64,000 nucleotides of DNA, from assembly GCF_009914755.1 (NCBI RefSeq), contig NC_060929.1. The stretch is one strand, 5' to 3'. Both the position numbers and the translations under genes were made by a program. Shown piece after piece: positions 31,681-47,229 of this stretch. The notes beneath the pieces are model-generated. The model had not been told where the DNA came from, searched no databases, and saw only the letters and a program-made list of their open reading frames with translations. Origin of the DNA: the human T2T-CHM13v2.0 reference genome, Homo sapiens. How positions within the stretch are numbered: the stretch's first letter is position 1; each line of letters begins with the position of its first letter.

Positions 31681-34094
31681 TAGAAAGAAACATATATAAA
31701 GGAAGAAGCAGTTTGTGTGTGTATGCATCTCATATTTGTTACATATGCTTAAAATATTCTTTATGCTTACCATTAATTTGAATACATGTCCCTTTCTTTA
31801 CATGTTGTATTATTTTCCCCTGTGAATTTCCAAGGTAAAAATCTCATTCATAGATGCCACACTTAAAAATATCACTACAGCATCAACTTGTTCCAATTTA
31901 ATGACTATTATCAATATATTTCCTTTTTTGTTTTTCCTGCTCTTGGATATTGTACTTTTCCATTTTTTAAAATTAGGAATTCTACTGGGAAAATCACATT
32001 TTCAAAAGCTACATATTTAATTAAATTGTCTTGCAGATTTATAAGAGCCAACTTATTCAATTTAAATTTTAAAACACATATTTTTCATCTAGTTTTTTTT
32101 GCTGCTCTTTTTTTAGTTAACTAGCATTGCTAATGATGTATTGTTATTAAGGTACTGTTTCAGTCATTTAAGAAAGCTCTAAAGAGGACGTTTTTGAAAA
32201 CTTGGTGTGGTTGACTTAATATTCGGAACCAGCAATTAATCACGCTTAGAAAATAATACATATTTAGGCCTCCAAGTAATTTTGGGGAAATTTGCACAAC
32301 TAAAGCATTTTACAGATATGGGCTACATAACTCAATTATGATAAAAACCTTTGTTCGGGGGACTGTTTGTGCTACAAGGGAATTATCATTAAACATTAAA
32401 TTCCAAAAATGATGGAACCCTAAAACTGAAGTCAAATGCTGTTATAAAGATTAACTTATTGTGTGGGAGTATTACTTTCTCTCTCTACAGCTCCATTTCT
32501 TTTTTGGTAAATTGGAGGAGACACTGACATTCTCTAAACTTAAGAAGCAAAATTTGAATATAAATACAATCTGTGTGATACTCTGTGTTTTCTGGAAAAA
32601 AACAAAATGGGCTTTTTTGGTGGTTAATATAAACTCAAATTATTATGGTGAGATATGAAAAAACTACCTTATCATATGTAAATTAGAGTGTCAAGGATTG
32701 GAAAGATAAGCTGACTACCAAGTTCAGCAACCTAATTGTGAAAGTTTTGCATTTTTTAGAATATAATTTAGTTGAAACAGCTTTCTTTTTATAAGGAATT
32801 TAAAGAAATATTCACATTTCATTTCTTTGGACTGTCAGTCTGAACTTGCAAATCAAAAGAAATTCTGAAAGTCGAGTCTGATTGTCTAAAACCAAGTATT
32901 CAAAATTATGGAAATACACCTCCAAAGAAATGAAGGAGAAATCATAATGAAGCTGCTTTCTCCTTTGAATATATTCTTCTAAAATGTTACAAAATAGAAT
33001 ATATAATAACTTAAAATATTCTTATTTAAGTTTGAAAAATTCTGCTACCTCAAGTAATCAGAAAACTTTACATTAACTTTCTACATAGGTTTGTCTGTAA
33101 AAATGGGTAATGTTTATCTTGACCAAAGCAAGAACATATGACAAATTACTTCATAAACAGAGAACATATTTTTTTCTCAAAACAAACTGATGATACGTCA
33201 GAGCTGACATTGAATTTGTGCTAATTTGGCATTTCTGATGAAATTGTTATTTAATTGAATAACTTATTCAAAGAACCCAAAAGTTAAAGATTGTATATCA
33301 TCTGATAGCAATTAGCAATCATTGCTTAATTTCATACAAGAAGTTAAAAGAAAGAAACATGTTACTAAAATATGGAAACTAAAAATGAGAGCTAGTCATT
33401 TACCAAAATCTCAGGGACATGGGGACAATTTTTCATGATTGCAGCATCACTGCCATTGATATTTTTCTGGAATGTGCATGCTGTACTGTTTATTGGACGA
33501 ATGCATAGATGGTTATAAAAGGATCAGGAGAAAATTTTATTCACCCTACATTCTTTCTTAAATGGAAGACCTGAGGGATCAATTAATTGAGACAATGAGG
33601 ACCATCTGTCATGACATTATAAAAAATGAATTTTGACTTGGTGAAATGCTCAACTTTCTTCCTCATTCAGTCCCCAGTTATGATAACACTTAATCAGCCT
33701 AATCATTGCATATGCCCTTGGAAGATCTAACTTCCATTATTCAAGGGAAGTTTGTTTAAAGATGAGAATACATTGTGTCTGGGGATACACAGCGACCTCA
33801 AGCAAATTACTTAACAGGCCGAGAAGAGCCATTGGAATAGATAATTGGTAATTTTGTAAATCATGTGTTATGCTTTTACAACCAATTATAAACAATATCT
33901 AACAGTGTTTGGTGTTTAAGACGGTCTGAAAGATAGCAGAAGACATCACAAATACTATTTGGATAATACTCTATGTAATTCAAAGTCTTGAAAATATTCC
34001 TAAATTTAACCCTATCTATACAAAATTTCAAAGTAGTAAAGCAGCTCTACATCTTTTGAAAAGTTTGAAAAAAAAGTCTTAAAAATGAAAGAAA

Positions 34095-34262
34095 TGCCAG
34101 CCAGTTATATTTTATTTCTACAAATTTAAAGCAATTTTAGTTACAGGCATTTTTTAAAAAAGGATTGTGAGTTAATTAACCAAAGACTGCCACTCATCTG
34201 ACATGCTTTAGAAGAAATAAACACACACTCACACACACACGTACACACGAATGTTCACATGC
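34095..34262 (+). repeat. Copy A of a diverged ~170-bp direct repeat ending in (CA)n
   Basis: Aligns by eye with 35224-35397 (tgccaRccagttatatt...tacaaatt...tcatctgacat..Yttagaagaaa(CA)n gaatgt). Confidence 0.85.
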
Positions 34263-35029
34263 ACACAGCACATATATTTGTTGTATTCTGATGAATTGAT
34301 TGAAAGAAAAAAAGAAACGTATACTGCATGCTTCCTAGGGACAGTGTTGAAAAAAAATCAATAGAGGAAGAAAATCTCATTTTCTATGGTTAATATAATC
34401 TTAAATTGTGATTGCCATTTGTTATGCTTCTTTATTTCCTAAGAAATTTATTATAAAAATTTCCTGCATACAGTAAAGTTGAAATGATTTTACAATAAAT
34501 AGCCACATACACATTACTAGATCTACAGTAAATACATTATTAAACTTAATTTATTACATACATATTCATCTATCTACCCCACTATACAGCCATCATTTGT
34601 CTTACTATGCTACCCATTTAAAAATTAATTGTTGACATCAGAACACTTACTCCAAAATAATTCAGTGTACATGTGATTAACCAAAGTTCATTTTTATTTA
34701 TAGACAATTTTTTAAGCAGAAATGTAAAGACAATGAAATGTAAAATGTAAGTATCACATTAAGTTCTGACAAATACACACATTGGTGTAATCCTAAAGCT
34801 TACCAAGACATGAAACATTGGCAATACCCCATAAAATCCTGTTAGTTTCTTTGTTGACCCCTAAACACAGACGTTGTCACTGCTCTTTTTCCACCATACA
34901 TTAGTTTTTCCTGTTTTAGAATTTCATATAAATGGGTTCATGAATTATATCTTCTTTGTGTATAGCTTTGTTCATTTTAACATATTTTTGGAGATTTATT
35001 CATGTTGTGAATTAGAACTTTCTTTTTGT

Positions 35030-35200
35030 TATTTTTTATTTTTCTAATTTTTGAAAAACAAATTGTATTGTGGACATTTAATGTATAGAAAGTGATGCTA
35101 TGTGACACATATAAGCAGTAAAATGGCTACTATAAGGAAGCAAATTAATATATCTATCATCTCACATAGTTACCTTACCAATATTTTGTTTTTGTTTTGT
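35030..35200 (-). mobile_element. L1MA8/9-type 3' end fragment
   Basis: aaattgtattgt...aagcaaattaatatatctatcatctcacatagttacc. Confidence 0.7.
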
Positions 35201-35223
35201 AGAAAGAGGAGATAATTAACAAC

Positions 35224-35397
35224 TGCCAACCAGTTATATTCTCTTTTTTTTTTTTTTTACAAATTAGAAGCCATTTTAAGTACATGCATTTTTTTTTAAG
35301 TGTTGTAACTTAGTTTACTAGGGGTTGTCATTCATCTGACATACCTTAGAAGAAACACACACACACACACGCACACACACACACAAGAATGTGCATG
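35224..35397 (+). repeat. Copy B of the diverged ~170-bp direct repeat
   Basis: See 34095-34262. Confidence 0.85.
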
Positions 35398-36371
35398 TTC
35401 ATATTCCATTATATAGCCATATCTGTTCCATTGTATAAATGTGTTAGATTTTTCTCATCCATTCCATATACTCAGTTTTGCCTTATATTAATAAAGCTGC
35501 TATTAAAATTCTTGAACAATTTTTAGAGTATGTGTTTCCATTAATCTAGAATAAACATTAAATGTGAAATTCAGGAGTCATGTAATAGTGTTTACTTTTT
35601 AAAATATGAAACTCTCAGAAATTTTTATGACTGTTGTTATAATAGTCAATATTGTGTTGCTCCAGATTCTCACCAACATTTTGGGTTCTCAGACTTTATA
35701 ATTTTTGTTACTGAGGTGGGAGTACACTGAGGCCGCATTATTGCTTAATTTGTAACTCCAGGGTGAAAAATTGTTTTGAATACTTTGGTATATGTGTATT
35801 TTATTTTGTATTTATATATCTTTTTCTGTGAACTGTCTATTAAAGTTTCTCATTGCTATTATGGTGGTGGAGTTTTATTGTTATTCATAGCTAAAATAGC
35901 AATCCTCTGTAAGATATATGTTTTGAAAATATATTTTATAGTCTGTGGCTGTCCTTTTAATTGAGATAACATTATTTTGGATAATTTTTTATATTTTGAA
36001 ATGATCTTATTTATAGCTTTTTAATTTACAGAGTAAAAAAAATCTTTTGCATATCTCTAAATTGCAAAGATCATTTATAATGTTTTAAATTACAATTTTA
36101 GCTGACATAATCCAATTTATGATATATATCACATTAATGTTTACATATATTGTAAGTTAGGATTCCAAGTTTACTTTGGTTACATATGGCTATCCAACTG
36201 TTCTAGCATCATTTCTTGAAGACTTTTTTGCCATTGGTTAGCTTGGACAAAATTAAAAATGCATACCACAAATATAATGACGGTTGAACTGTGGGTGTAT
36301 TTATGGCCTTTTTAATCTACTATATTTTTCCATTTGTCAAACTTAATGTCAATATTACTCTCTTTAATTTA

Positions 36372-37990
<1,619 letters not shown>

Positions 37991-40900
37991 TTTACTTTAG
38001 CTTTATATTAAGTATGGAAATTAGGTAATGTGACTTAACCAAATTTGTTTGTTTTTTTTAAAACAAGGCTGCTTTCTATTTTCTATATTCTTTACATTTC
38101 CATATGTATTTCAGAAGCAACCAATCAATATCTACCAAAAAATATGCTTAGAATATTACCAGATTATAACATCTATACATCTAATTGGGAAACAATAACA
38201 TAATACTTAACTTTCCAACACAAAAATAAGATAAATGATGAGAACACGTTCTCTCTCAATTTATTTGGTCATTTTTTTATCAATAATATTTTATAGTTTG
38301 CAAGTATAAATATCTTGCATATATTTTGTTAAATGTTTTTCTAATTGTTTTAAATGTTATTATAATCAAGAGTTTTAAATTTTTATTTTATAATAGGTTG
38401 CCATGAGTGTTTTAAATGTTGTTGAACTGATTCTGACCAAGATAGAATCACAGATCTAGATTTATCATCCCATCATAAATAATTTTTAAATAAAAATCTT
38501 CCAAATTTAATAACAAGTATACACCCACATATTTAAAAATGTTATGCCTCATTCCCTCCCAAAATTAATAATACTACACTAATATACATTAAAATGACCT
38601 ATAACTGCGTTGCAGTGGAGTTTCTTCAGGGGAAAAGAACAAATGCGTTAAATGCAGAAAACACATTAAAAGACTTTTTGTTGTAAACAAAAACAGCAGA
38701 AAGGATCATCAGAAGGTTATATGTACTTTAAAAAATGTTTATCTTCCTTTTAATCATGTTTATTATTACATGTTTTTGTATCTATAACCCAAAGAATAAA
38801 GAGGGTGAACATTTGATGCTGGTTGGAAAGAGGATAATTTCAGTAATAGAGAATAGAATCTAGTGCACAAGAGGAGAGTGGGAGTGTAAATAGGCTGTCT
38901 CTCATGATAGGGTAGAAAGTAGGGCAGTGTACAGGAAAACAGATTGATAATTGTGGAGGTGGCAGTGGGGGCAGGGTCTCTTCAGTTTGCTTCTGTTTTG
39001 TCAATGAATAAAAAGAAGATTGTGAAAAGAGGATGTAGATAAGATGCAGAATTTTGATGAGATAGAGAAATTTTAATAGTTGATAAGGACAGTGGAGGAA
39101 TAAATAGGTTTTGTAAGAATAGTAGATTGCAAGTTTGCTTTCTCGTTAACTTTATTTTAATTATAGGGGTATATGAGCAGGTTTGTTATATAGGTAAATT
39201 CATGTAATGGGGGTTTGTTGTATAAACTGTCTCATCACTCAGGCATTAAGCCTAGTACCCATTAGTTATTTTTCCGAATCATCTCCCTCCCCCCATACTC
39301 CACCCTCAGGTGGGCCCCAGTGTGTACTGGTCTCCTTTATGTGTCCATGTGTTCTCATCGTTTATCTCCCACTTATAAGTGAGAACAGATGGTATTTTGT
39401 TTTATGTTTCTGCATTAGTTTGCTAAGGATAATTGCCTCCTGCTCCATTCATGTTCCTGCAAAGGACATGATCTCATTCTTTTTTATGGCTGCATAGTAT
39501 GCCACAGTGTGTATGTACCATATTTTCTTTATCCAGCCTATCACTGATGGGTATTTAGGTTGATTCCATGTCTTTGCTATTGTGAATAGTGCTGCAATTG
39601 AACATACACATGCATGTGTCTTTATAATAGAATGATTTATATTCCTTTGGGTATATATCCAGCAATGGGATTGCTGGGTCAAATGGCATTTCTCTCTTTA
39701 GGTGTTTGAGGAATCACCATGCTGCCTTTCACATGGTTAAACTAATTTACACTCCCACCAACAGTGTAAGTGTTCTTATTTCTTCATGTTCTCTCCAGTG
39801 TCTGTTGTTTCCTGGCTTTTTAATGATAGCCATTCTAACTGGCTTGAGATGGTATCTCATTGTGGTTTTGATTTGCATTTCTCTAATGACCAGTGATGAT
39901 GAGCTTTTTTCCGTATGTTTGTTGGCTGCATAAATGTCTTCTTTTGAGAAGTGTCTGTTCATGTCCTTTGCCTACTTTTTTTATGTGGTTGTTTGTTCTT
40001 TTTTTCCACAACCTCACCAGCTTCTGTCATTTTTTGCTTTTAGTAATAGCCATTTTCACTAGTGTGAGATGGTATCTCATTGTGATTTTGATGTGCATTT
40101 CTCTAATGATCATGACATTGAGTTTTTTTCATATGCTTGTTGGCTACGTGTATGTCTTTTTTTTGAAATGTGTCTGTTCATGTCCTTTGCCCACTTTTTA
40201 ATGGGGATTTTTTAAGTGGAAATTTGTTTAAGTTCTTTATAGATTCTGGATATTAGATGTTTGTCAAATACGTAGCTTGCAAATTTTTTCCCTTTCTCTA
40301 GGTTGTCTGTTTACTCTGTTGATAATTTCCTTTGCTGTGCAGAAACTCTTTAGTCTAATTACATTCCATTTGTCAGTTTTTACTTTTTTTGCAATTGGTT
40401 TTTGTGTCTTCATCATAAAATCTTTGCACATTCCTATGTCCGGAATAGTATTGCCTTGGTTGTCTTTCTGAATTTTTATAGTTTTCAGTTTTACATTTAA
40501 GTCTTTAAACCATTGTGAGTTAACTTTTGTATAAGATGTAAAGAAGTTCAGTTTCAGTTTCCTGTATATGGCTAGCCAGTTATGCCAGCATCATTCATTG
40601 AATAGAACATCCTTTCGCCTTTGCTTATTTTTCTTTACTTTGTAGAAAATCAGATAGTTGTAGGTGTGTGGCTTTATCTCTGGCCTCTCTGTTCTGTTCC
40701 ATTGGTCTATATGTCTGTTTTTGTATCATTTGCAGGCTGTTTTGGTTACTGTAGCACTGTAGTATGATTTCAAGTTGGGTTGTGTCATGCCTCCTGATTT
40801 GTTCTTCTTGCTTAGGATTGCCTTGGCTATTCAGGTTCTCTTTTGGTTCCATATGAGTATGAAAATATTGTTCTCTAGTTCTATGAAAATGTCATTGGTA

Positions 40901-43900
40901 ATTTGATATGAGTAGCATTGAATCTGTAAATTGCTTTGGGCAGTATGGTCATTTTAAAAATATTGATTCTGCCTATCCATGAGCATGGAATATTTTTTCT
41001 ATTTGTGTCGTATCTGATTTCTTTGAGCAGTGTTTTGTAGTTCTCCTTGTAGAGATCTTTTACCATTCTGGTTAACTGTATTCCTAGGTATTTTGTTCTT
41101 TCTGCAGCAACTGTGAATGGCACTGTGTTCCTCATTTGGCTCTCAGCTTGCCTGCTGTTGGTGAGTAAGTATGCTAGTGACTTTTATACATTGATTTTGT
41201 ATCCTGAGACTTTACTGAATTTGTTCATCAACTTAAGGAGCTTTGGAGCCAAGATTATAAGGTTTCTTGATGTAGAATCATGTCGTCTGCAAAGAAAAAT
41301 ATTTTGAATTCCTTTTTTCTAATTTGAATGTCCTTTATTTCTTTTTCTGGCCTAATTTCTCTGCCCAGGACTTCCAATACTATGTTGAATAGGAATGGAA
41401 AGAGAGGGCATTCTCGTCTTGTGCCGGTTTTCAAGGGGGATACTTCTAGATTTTGTCCATTCAGTATGATAGCTATGGATCTGTCATATATGGATCGTTA
41501 TTTTTAGGTAAATTCCTTCAATACCTAGTATTTTGAGAGTTTTGTGTTTAACATAAGGAGGTGTTGAATTTTATCAAATGCCTTTTCTGCATCTAGTGAG
41601 ATAATAATGTGGTTTTTGTCTTTAGTTCTATTTATGTGATGAATCACATTTATTGATTTGCATATGTTGAACCAACCTTGTATCCCAGGAATAAAGCCTG
41701 TTTGGTCATGGTGGAAAAGCTTTTTGATATGCTGCTGTAGTTGGTTTGCACATATTTTGTTGAGGATATTTCTATCAATGTTCATCAGGGATCTTGGCCT
41801 GAAGTTTTCTTTTCTGTTGTGTTTCTGCCAAGTTTTGGTATCAGGATGATGTTGGCTCATAGAATGACTTAGAGAGGAGTCTCTCCTCCTACGAGCTATT
41901 CTTTGTACATATGGTAAAATTTGGCTTTGAATCTGTCTGGTCCTGGGTTTTCATTGGTTGGTAGTCTATTTATCACTGATTCAGGTTTGGACCTCATTAT
42001 TTGTCTGTTAAGGGATTTATATTTTTTTCTGGCTCGGTCTTGGGAAGATGTATGCTTTCAGAAATGCATCCATTCCTTCTAGATTATCTAGTTTATGTGC
42101 ATAGATGTGTTCATAAAATTCTCTGACGTTTACTTGTATTTCTGTGGGGTCAGTGGTGTTATCCCCGTAGTCACTTCTAATTGTGTTTATTTTGGATCTT
42201 CTCTCTTTTCTTTTTTATTAGTCTAGGTAGCAGTCTAATTATTTTATTTTATTTTTTTCAAAAATCCAATTCTTGGATTTGTTAATCTTTTGAATGTGTT
42301 TTCAAGTCTCAGTCTCTTTCAATTCAGCTCTCATTTGAGTTACTTTTTGTCTTGTCCTTGCTTTGGGGTTGGTATCTTCTTGGTTCTCTAGTTATATTAG
42401 TTGCGATGTTAGGTTTTTAAATTTAAATTTTAGCTTTATGATATGGGTATTTACTTCTATAAATTTGTCTCTTAACACTGCCCTAGCTGTGTTCCAGAGA
42501 TTCTTGTATGTCGTATCTTTGTTCTCATTAGTTTTAAAAAGATTTTTCATTTCTGCCTTAATTTCTACATTTACCCCAAAGTTATGCAGGAGCGGGTGAT
42601 TCAGTTGTCATGTAACTGTATGATTTTGAGCAAATTTCTTAGTTTTGATTTCTAATTTGATTGCACTGTGGTCCAAGAGTATGGTCGTTATGATTTCAGG
42701 ATTTTTTTGCATTTGGTGAGGAGTGTTTTGTGTCTGATTATGTGATTGAATTTACAGTATATGTCATGTAGAAGTGAAAAAAATATATATTCTATTCCTT
42801 TTTGGTAGAGAGTTTTGTGATGTCTATTAAGCCCTTTTGATCCAGTGCTGAATTCAGATCCTGAATTTTTTTTTTTTTTTTAGTTTTCTGGCTTGATAAT
42901 CTAATAATGTCAGTAGTGTGTCAAAGTCTCCCACTATTATTGTGTGAGAATCTGAGGCTCATTGAAGGTCATTAAGGATTTGCTTTATAAATCTGGGTGT
43001 TCCTGTGTTGGGTGCATAAATAGTTTGGATAGTTAGGTCCTCTTACTGAATTGAATGCTTTATCTTTATGGAATGCCTTTCTTTGACTTTTTTTATCTTT
43101 GTTGGTTTAAAGTCTGTTTTGTCTGAAATTAGAATTGCAAGCCCTGCTCTTTTTTTCCATTTGCTTGGTAGATTTTTCTTCATTCCTTTATTTTGAGCCC
43201 ATGCGTGAAATTGCACGTGAGATGAGTCTCTTGAAAACAACATGCCACTGGATCTTGAGTCTTTATCAGGCTTGCCACTCTGTGCCTCTGAATTGGGCAT
43301 TTAGCCCAATTACATTCAAGGTTAGTGTTGATATGTGTCCATTTGATCCTGTCATCATGATATTAGCTGGTTATTATGAAAACTTGTTTGTCTGGTTGCT
43401 TTACTGATCTGTGTACTTCATTGTGTTTTCGTAGTGACTGGTAATGGTCTTTTCTTTCCATATTAGTGTTTCCTTGAGGAGGTCTTTTAAGGCAGGTCTA
43501 CTGGTAACCCAATTTCCTCAGCATTTGCTTGTCTGAAAAGAATCTTATTTCTCCTTCACTTATGAAGCTTAGTTTGGCCTGATATGAAATTCTGGGTTGG
43601 AATTTCTTTTCTTTAAGAATGTTGAATAGTAGCCCTGAATCTCTTCTGGCTTGTAGAGTTTCTGCTAAGAGGTCTGCTGTTAGTCTGATGAGGTTACCTT
43701 TGTAGGTAAGCAGACCTTTCTCTGTTACTACCTTTAACTTTTTTTCTTGTATTTCTACCTTGGAGAATCTGATAATTACGTGTCTGTGGAATGAACTTCT
43801 TGTGAATTATGTTACTGAGGCTGTCCCTATTTCCTGAATATGAAATTTGGCCTCTCTAGCTAGGTTGAGGAAGTTCTCATGAATGATATCAAAATGTGTT

Positions 43901-45242
43901 TTCCAAGTTGCTTTCCCTCTCCCCATCTCTTTCAGAAATACCAATGAGTCATAGATTTGGTCTCATTACGTAATTTCACATTTCCCAGAGGTTTTGTTCA
44001 TTTCTTTTCATTGTTTTTTTCTCTATTCTTATCAGTCTTCTTTAAGAAAGCCACTCCTCAAACTCTTAGATTCTTTCCTCCACTTGGTCTGTTCTCTTAT
44101 TAATACTTGTGATTACATTGTGAAATTATTTTAGTGTCTTTTTTAGCTCCATCAGGTCAGTTACATTCTTTTGTATACTGGCTATTTTTCTGTCAGTTCC
44201 TGTTTCATTTTATTATGGTTCTTTGCTTCCTTGATTTAAGTTTCAACGTATTCTTGCTTCTCAATGATCTTCATTCCTATGCATATTCTGAATTCTATTT
44301 CTGTAATCTCAATGATCTCAGCCTGGTTCAGAACCCTTGCTGGAGAGGTGTTGTGGTTGTTTGGAGTAAAACAGGCAATCTGACTTTTTGAGTTGTCAGA
44401 GTTCTTGCACGGGTTCTGCTTCATTTTGTGGGCTCACCTTTCTTCAATCTTTGTATTTGCTGACCTTTGGTTGGGTTTTTTAAAATTGTTCTTTTATCCT
44501 ATTTTATGAGATGGAGGGTTTGATTGTGATATAAAGTGAATTCAGCCAACTGGCTTTACTTCTTGAAGATTTTAGAGGGGCAGTGCTCAGCTCCCAACTC
44601 CTGGACTTTGTGCTCTAACTCTTGGGGACTTATATCAGGACAGTCTCTGTACTCTGGCTTCTCAAAGTTAGGAATCCACTGCACTGAGATGGGGGCAAGG
44701 TGCTCTCCAACTGCTGGTCACTACACTTTGATGGGTTGTGTCAGCTAAAGTGTTTCGCAATATGGTAGCAGTGGAATTTGTACTCAATTGCATGTGCCAG
44801 CATCAGTGGCAAGGGCAGCATGTTAGGGTGCACACTCGTCAGCTGCATCTGGGTGCTAGCAGGTGCGGGAGGGCCCGCCTCTTTGCGGACATTTACCCCA
44901 GTAGCAGAGGCAGTACATTTTGTGGGGATAGGGAATCCTGCTGGCAACTGTGTGCACACTCTTGCTGTTTGTGGTGTCAACAAAGGGGTAGGGTACTGGT
45001 GGGCACAGATCTGTGTGCATTCTTTATGTGCTACAGGCAGAAGTGGGAACTCTGGGCAAGGCAGGGTCTGCTGTTCTCTGTTCCTAGTTTCAGTCCAGCA
45101 GCAGTATTGCCCCGAGGGACTTGTGCTGGCAGGGGTGAAGTTGGCTGGCTTTGTGCTTGCGAAGGCTCTGACTGCAATTGCAGTCCAGCAGGTTAAGGAG
45201 GCACAAAGTGCACTCCTGCCACAGCAGTGAGAGAGTAGGATG

Positions 45243-45288
45243 CACACACACACACACACACACACATACATACACACCACACACACAC
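45243..45288. repeat. (CA)n microsatellite in the L1 5' UTR
   Basis: Seen directly. Confidence 0.9.
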
Positions 45289-46023
45289 TGGCAGGGCAAG
45301 TAAGACTAAAACCACCCATGCACACATGCACCAGCAATGTGATGTGGAGGGTTGTGGTTGGCTGGGAGCAAGCTGCAGTGTGGGTAGGAAGTGGGCAGGC
45401 TGGTGCATGGCTGTAGGAGCTGCCCCACTGGAGTTCTTCTCTGATTAGGCATGGTCCACCAGCACAGGATCTATGATGTGGGCCCCCAGTGCAATCAAGG
45501 TTGCCCTGCAAGCAGATCTGATCAGGTTATGGCCCCTGGAGAGGCCAGTAGGCCAAAGGGTGCTCAGGTCATACCAGCACCATCTAATAAGCAAGACCGC
45601 CCTGTAGAGTTTAGGTCCCACACTTCACCTCAGGCTAAAGTCTCTTATGGGTACAAGCTGAGCCTAGGGAGATGGGCTTCCATGACCATGCTCTGCTATA
45701 GATATTCCCATACCAAACCTTCTGGACTTTGCTTCAGCTGGCATGTTGCCCCTACCACTTCTGTAAGCAGTGCTCTCCACCACCTCAATTATCTGTGGTT
45801 GTCAAGGGGAGTTGAGAGATCTGTGGCAGGAATGGGTTGCTCCCAGACAGTTCAACTCACTTGTTTCCCCAGAATTGTTGGGGGCCAGTAATGAGTCCTG
45901 GTGCACAGTAACTTTATGTAGAGTTTCTAACTTTCTCCCTCTTCAGCTTAGCTTCTGTGCCTTCCCTTTGTCCACTCTTAACACCTGTCCTCTGAAGATT
46001 GGTTAGGAATGTGCCAGTTGTCT

Positions 46024-46631
46024 TTTTGGGAGAAGCTGAGGCAGGGCTTGCATGTCTGACATAATGTAAAAGAGTCTTGGAACATGTCCGGGGTCCAGGG
46101 TCTAAAACCCTTCATGGCCTTTGGAACACCAAGCTCTGTGCGAAAGGGTGGAAGTTTGCCCTGCCTCACCGTAATCTAAGCCCAGGGCATAAAACCCCTC
46201 ATGGCTTGGATGGAATCCAGGGCACAGGGCATAAAACCCCTCGTGGCCTCCGGAATGTGTCCAGACTTGCTGGCTTCTTGCTTCTAGCACTCCCAGGCTC
46301 ATAGATCAATTGTATCTTAAACTAGAAGAATATGTTCCCCATTATTTCAAGTAGCAGAACATGTTCCATATGCTTCAAAGGAAATGCTAAACCATCACAG
46401 CTATAGATCATAAGGTTGATGCACCACTGCCTTTCAATCCCCACATCCTCACTACCTGCTTCTTTGTTTGATCACCAATAAATAGTGTGGGCTTCCAGAG
46501 CTCAGGGCCTTCACGGCCTCCATACTAGTGTTAGCCCCCTGGTCCCACTTTATGCACTCTTAACTCATTCCTTTGACTCTGCCAGACTTCGTAACCCCCA
46601 AGGCCTGGTGTTGTGTCTGGCCACCCCAACA
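46024..46631 (+). mobile_element. Solo ERVK-class LTR, LTR14B-like, 608 bp, 5-bp TSD
   Basis: TSD TGTCT at 46019-46023 and 46632-46636; terminal inverted ends t(t)ttggg...cccaaca; AATAAA near 46477; repeated aaaacccctcRtggc motifs. Confidence 0.85.
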
Positions 46632-47229
46632 TGTCTCAGTCCCTCAGTGGTAGCAGTTCTACCTGGCTGCAACTAGTCTGCCACCTTGCCCTCAAATCCA
46701 CATCTTTTTCTTGTATGGTATTCATACATTGAAAGTGTTATTAGCCAATGTTAATGTGTGCATTTTATTTTAGATTGTGTTGCCAAAGTATAGGTATTAA
46801 TTATGAGATGAGTTGTATTTGACCAGTTTTGTTAAACAAATAATAGATGGGAATGCTAAAGCAATGTTGTACTATAATGGTATTATTATTAATAACCATT
46901 ATTTAATGTCAGATGAAACTACTTCTCATCTTTTTAACATCCATAACAGAGAAGGATTATTTTTCAATTATTAATATGCAACTTAGACTGATTTTGCTCT
47001 GTTTTTCATATGTTCTTAGGAGCTGCATGCAGATATTTACCTATACATCTCTGCATTACCTAGAACTAATGCAGTATCACCAAATCTGGTAGTTTTGCTT
47101 CTATTATTGCCTTTCCCATCATGTTACCTACATTATTATCAAAGCGAGTCATTAAAACAAAGACAACTAACTGTGGTAATTCTATAAAGATGTCTTAATG
47201 ATCTCTGCAGAGCTGTTATCTAGAGAAAC

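Larger units (their letters stand above)
39147..46700 (-). mobile_element. Near full-length older primate LINE-1 (L1PA13/L1PREC2-like), ORFs disrupted, long GC-richer 5' UTR
   Basis: 3' UTR at 39147-39380; minus-strand ORF fragments match ORF2p ([35 protein letters not shown]) and ORF1 region; 5' UTR ~44500-46700. Confidence 0.9.

Noticed and set aside
44536-46304. Cluster of overlapping ORFs up to 256 aa
   Set aside because: Chance open frames in the GC-richer L1 5' UTR, CA microsatellite and LTR; overlapping on both strands with no homology I recognise
39147-46700. Retrotransposition-competent full-length L1
   Set aside because: ORF1 and ORF2 are fragmented by many stops and frameshifts, and the promoter is interrupted by an LTR
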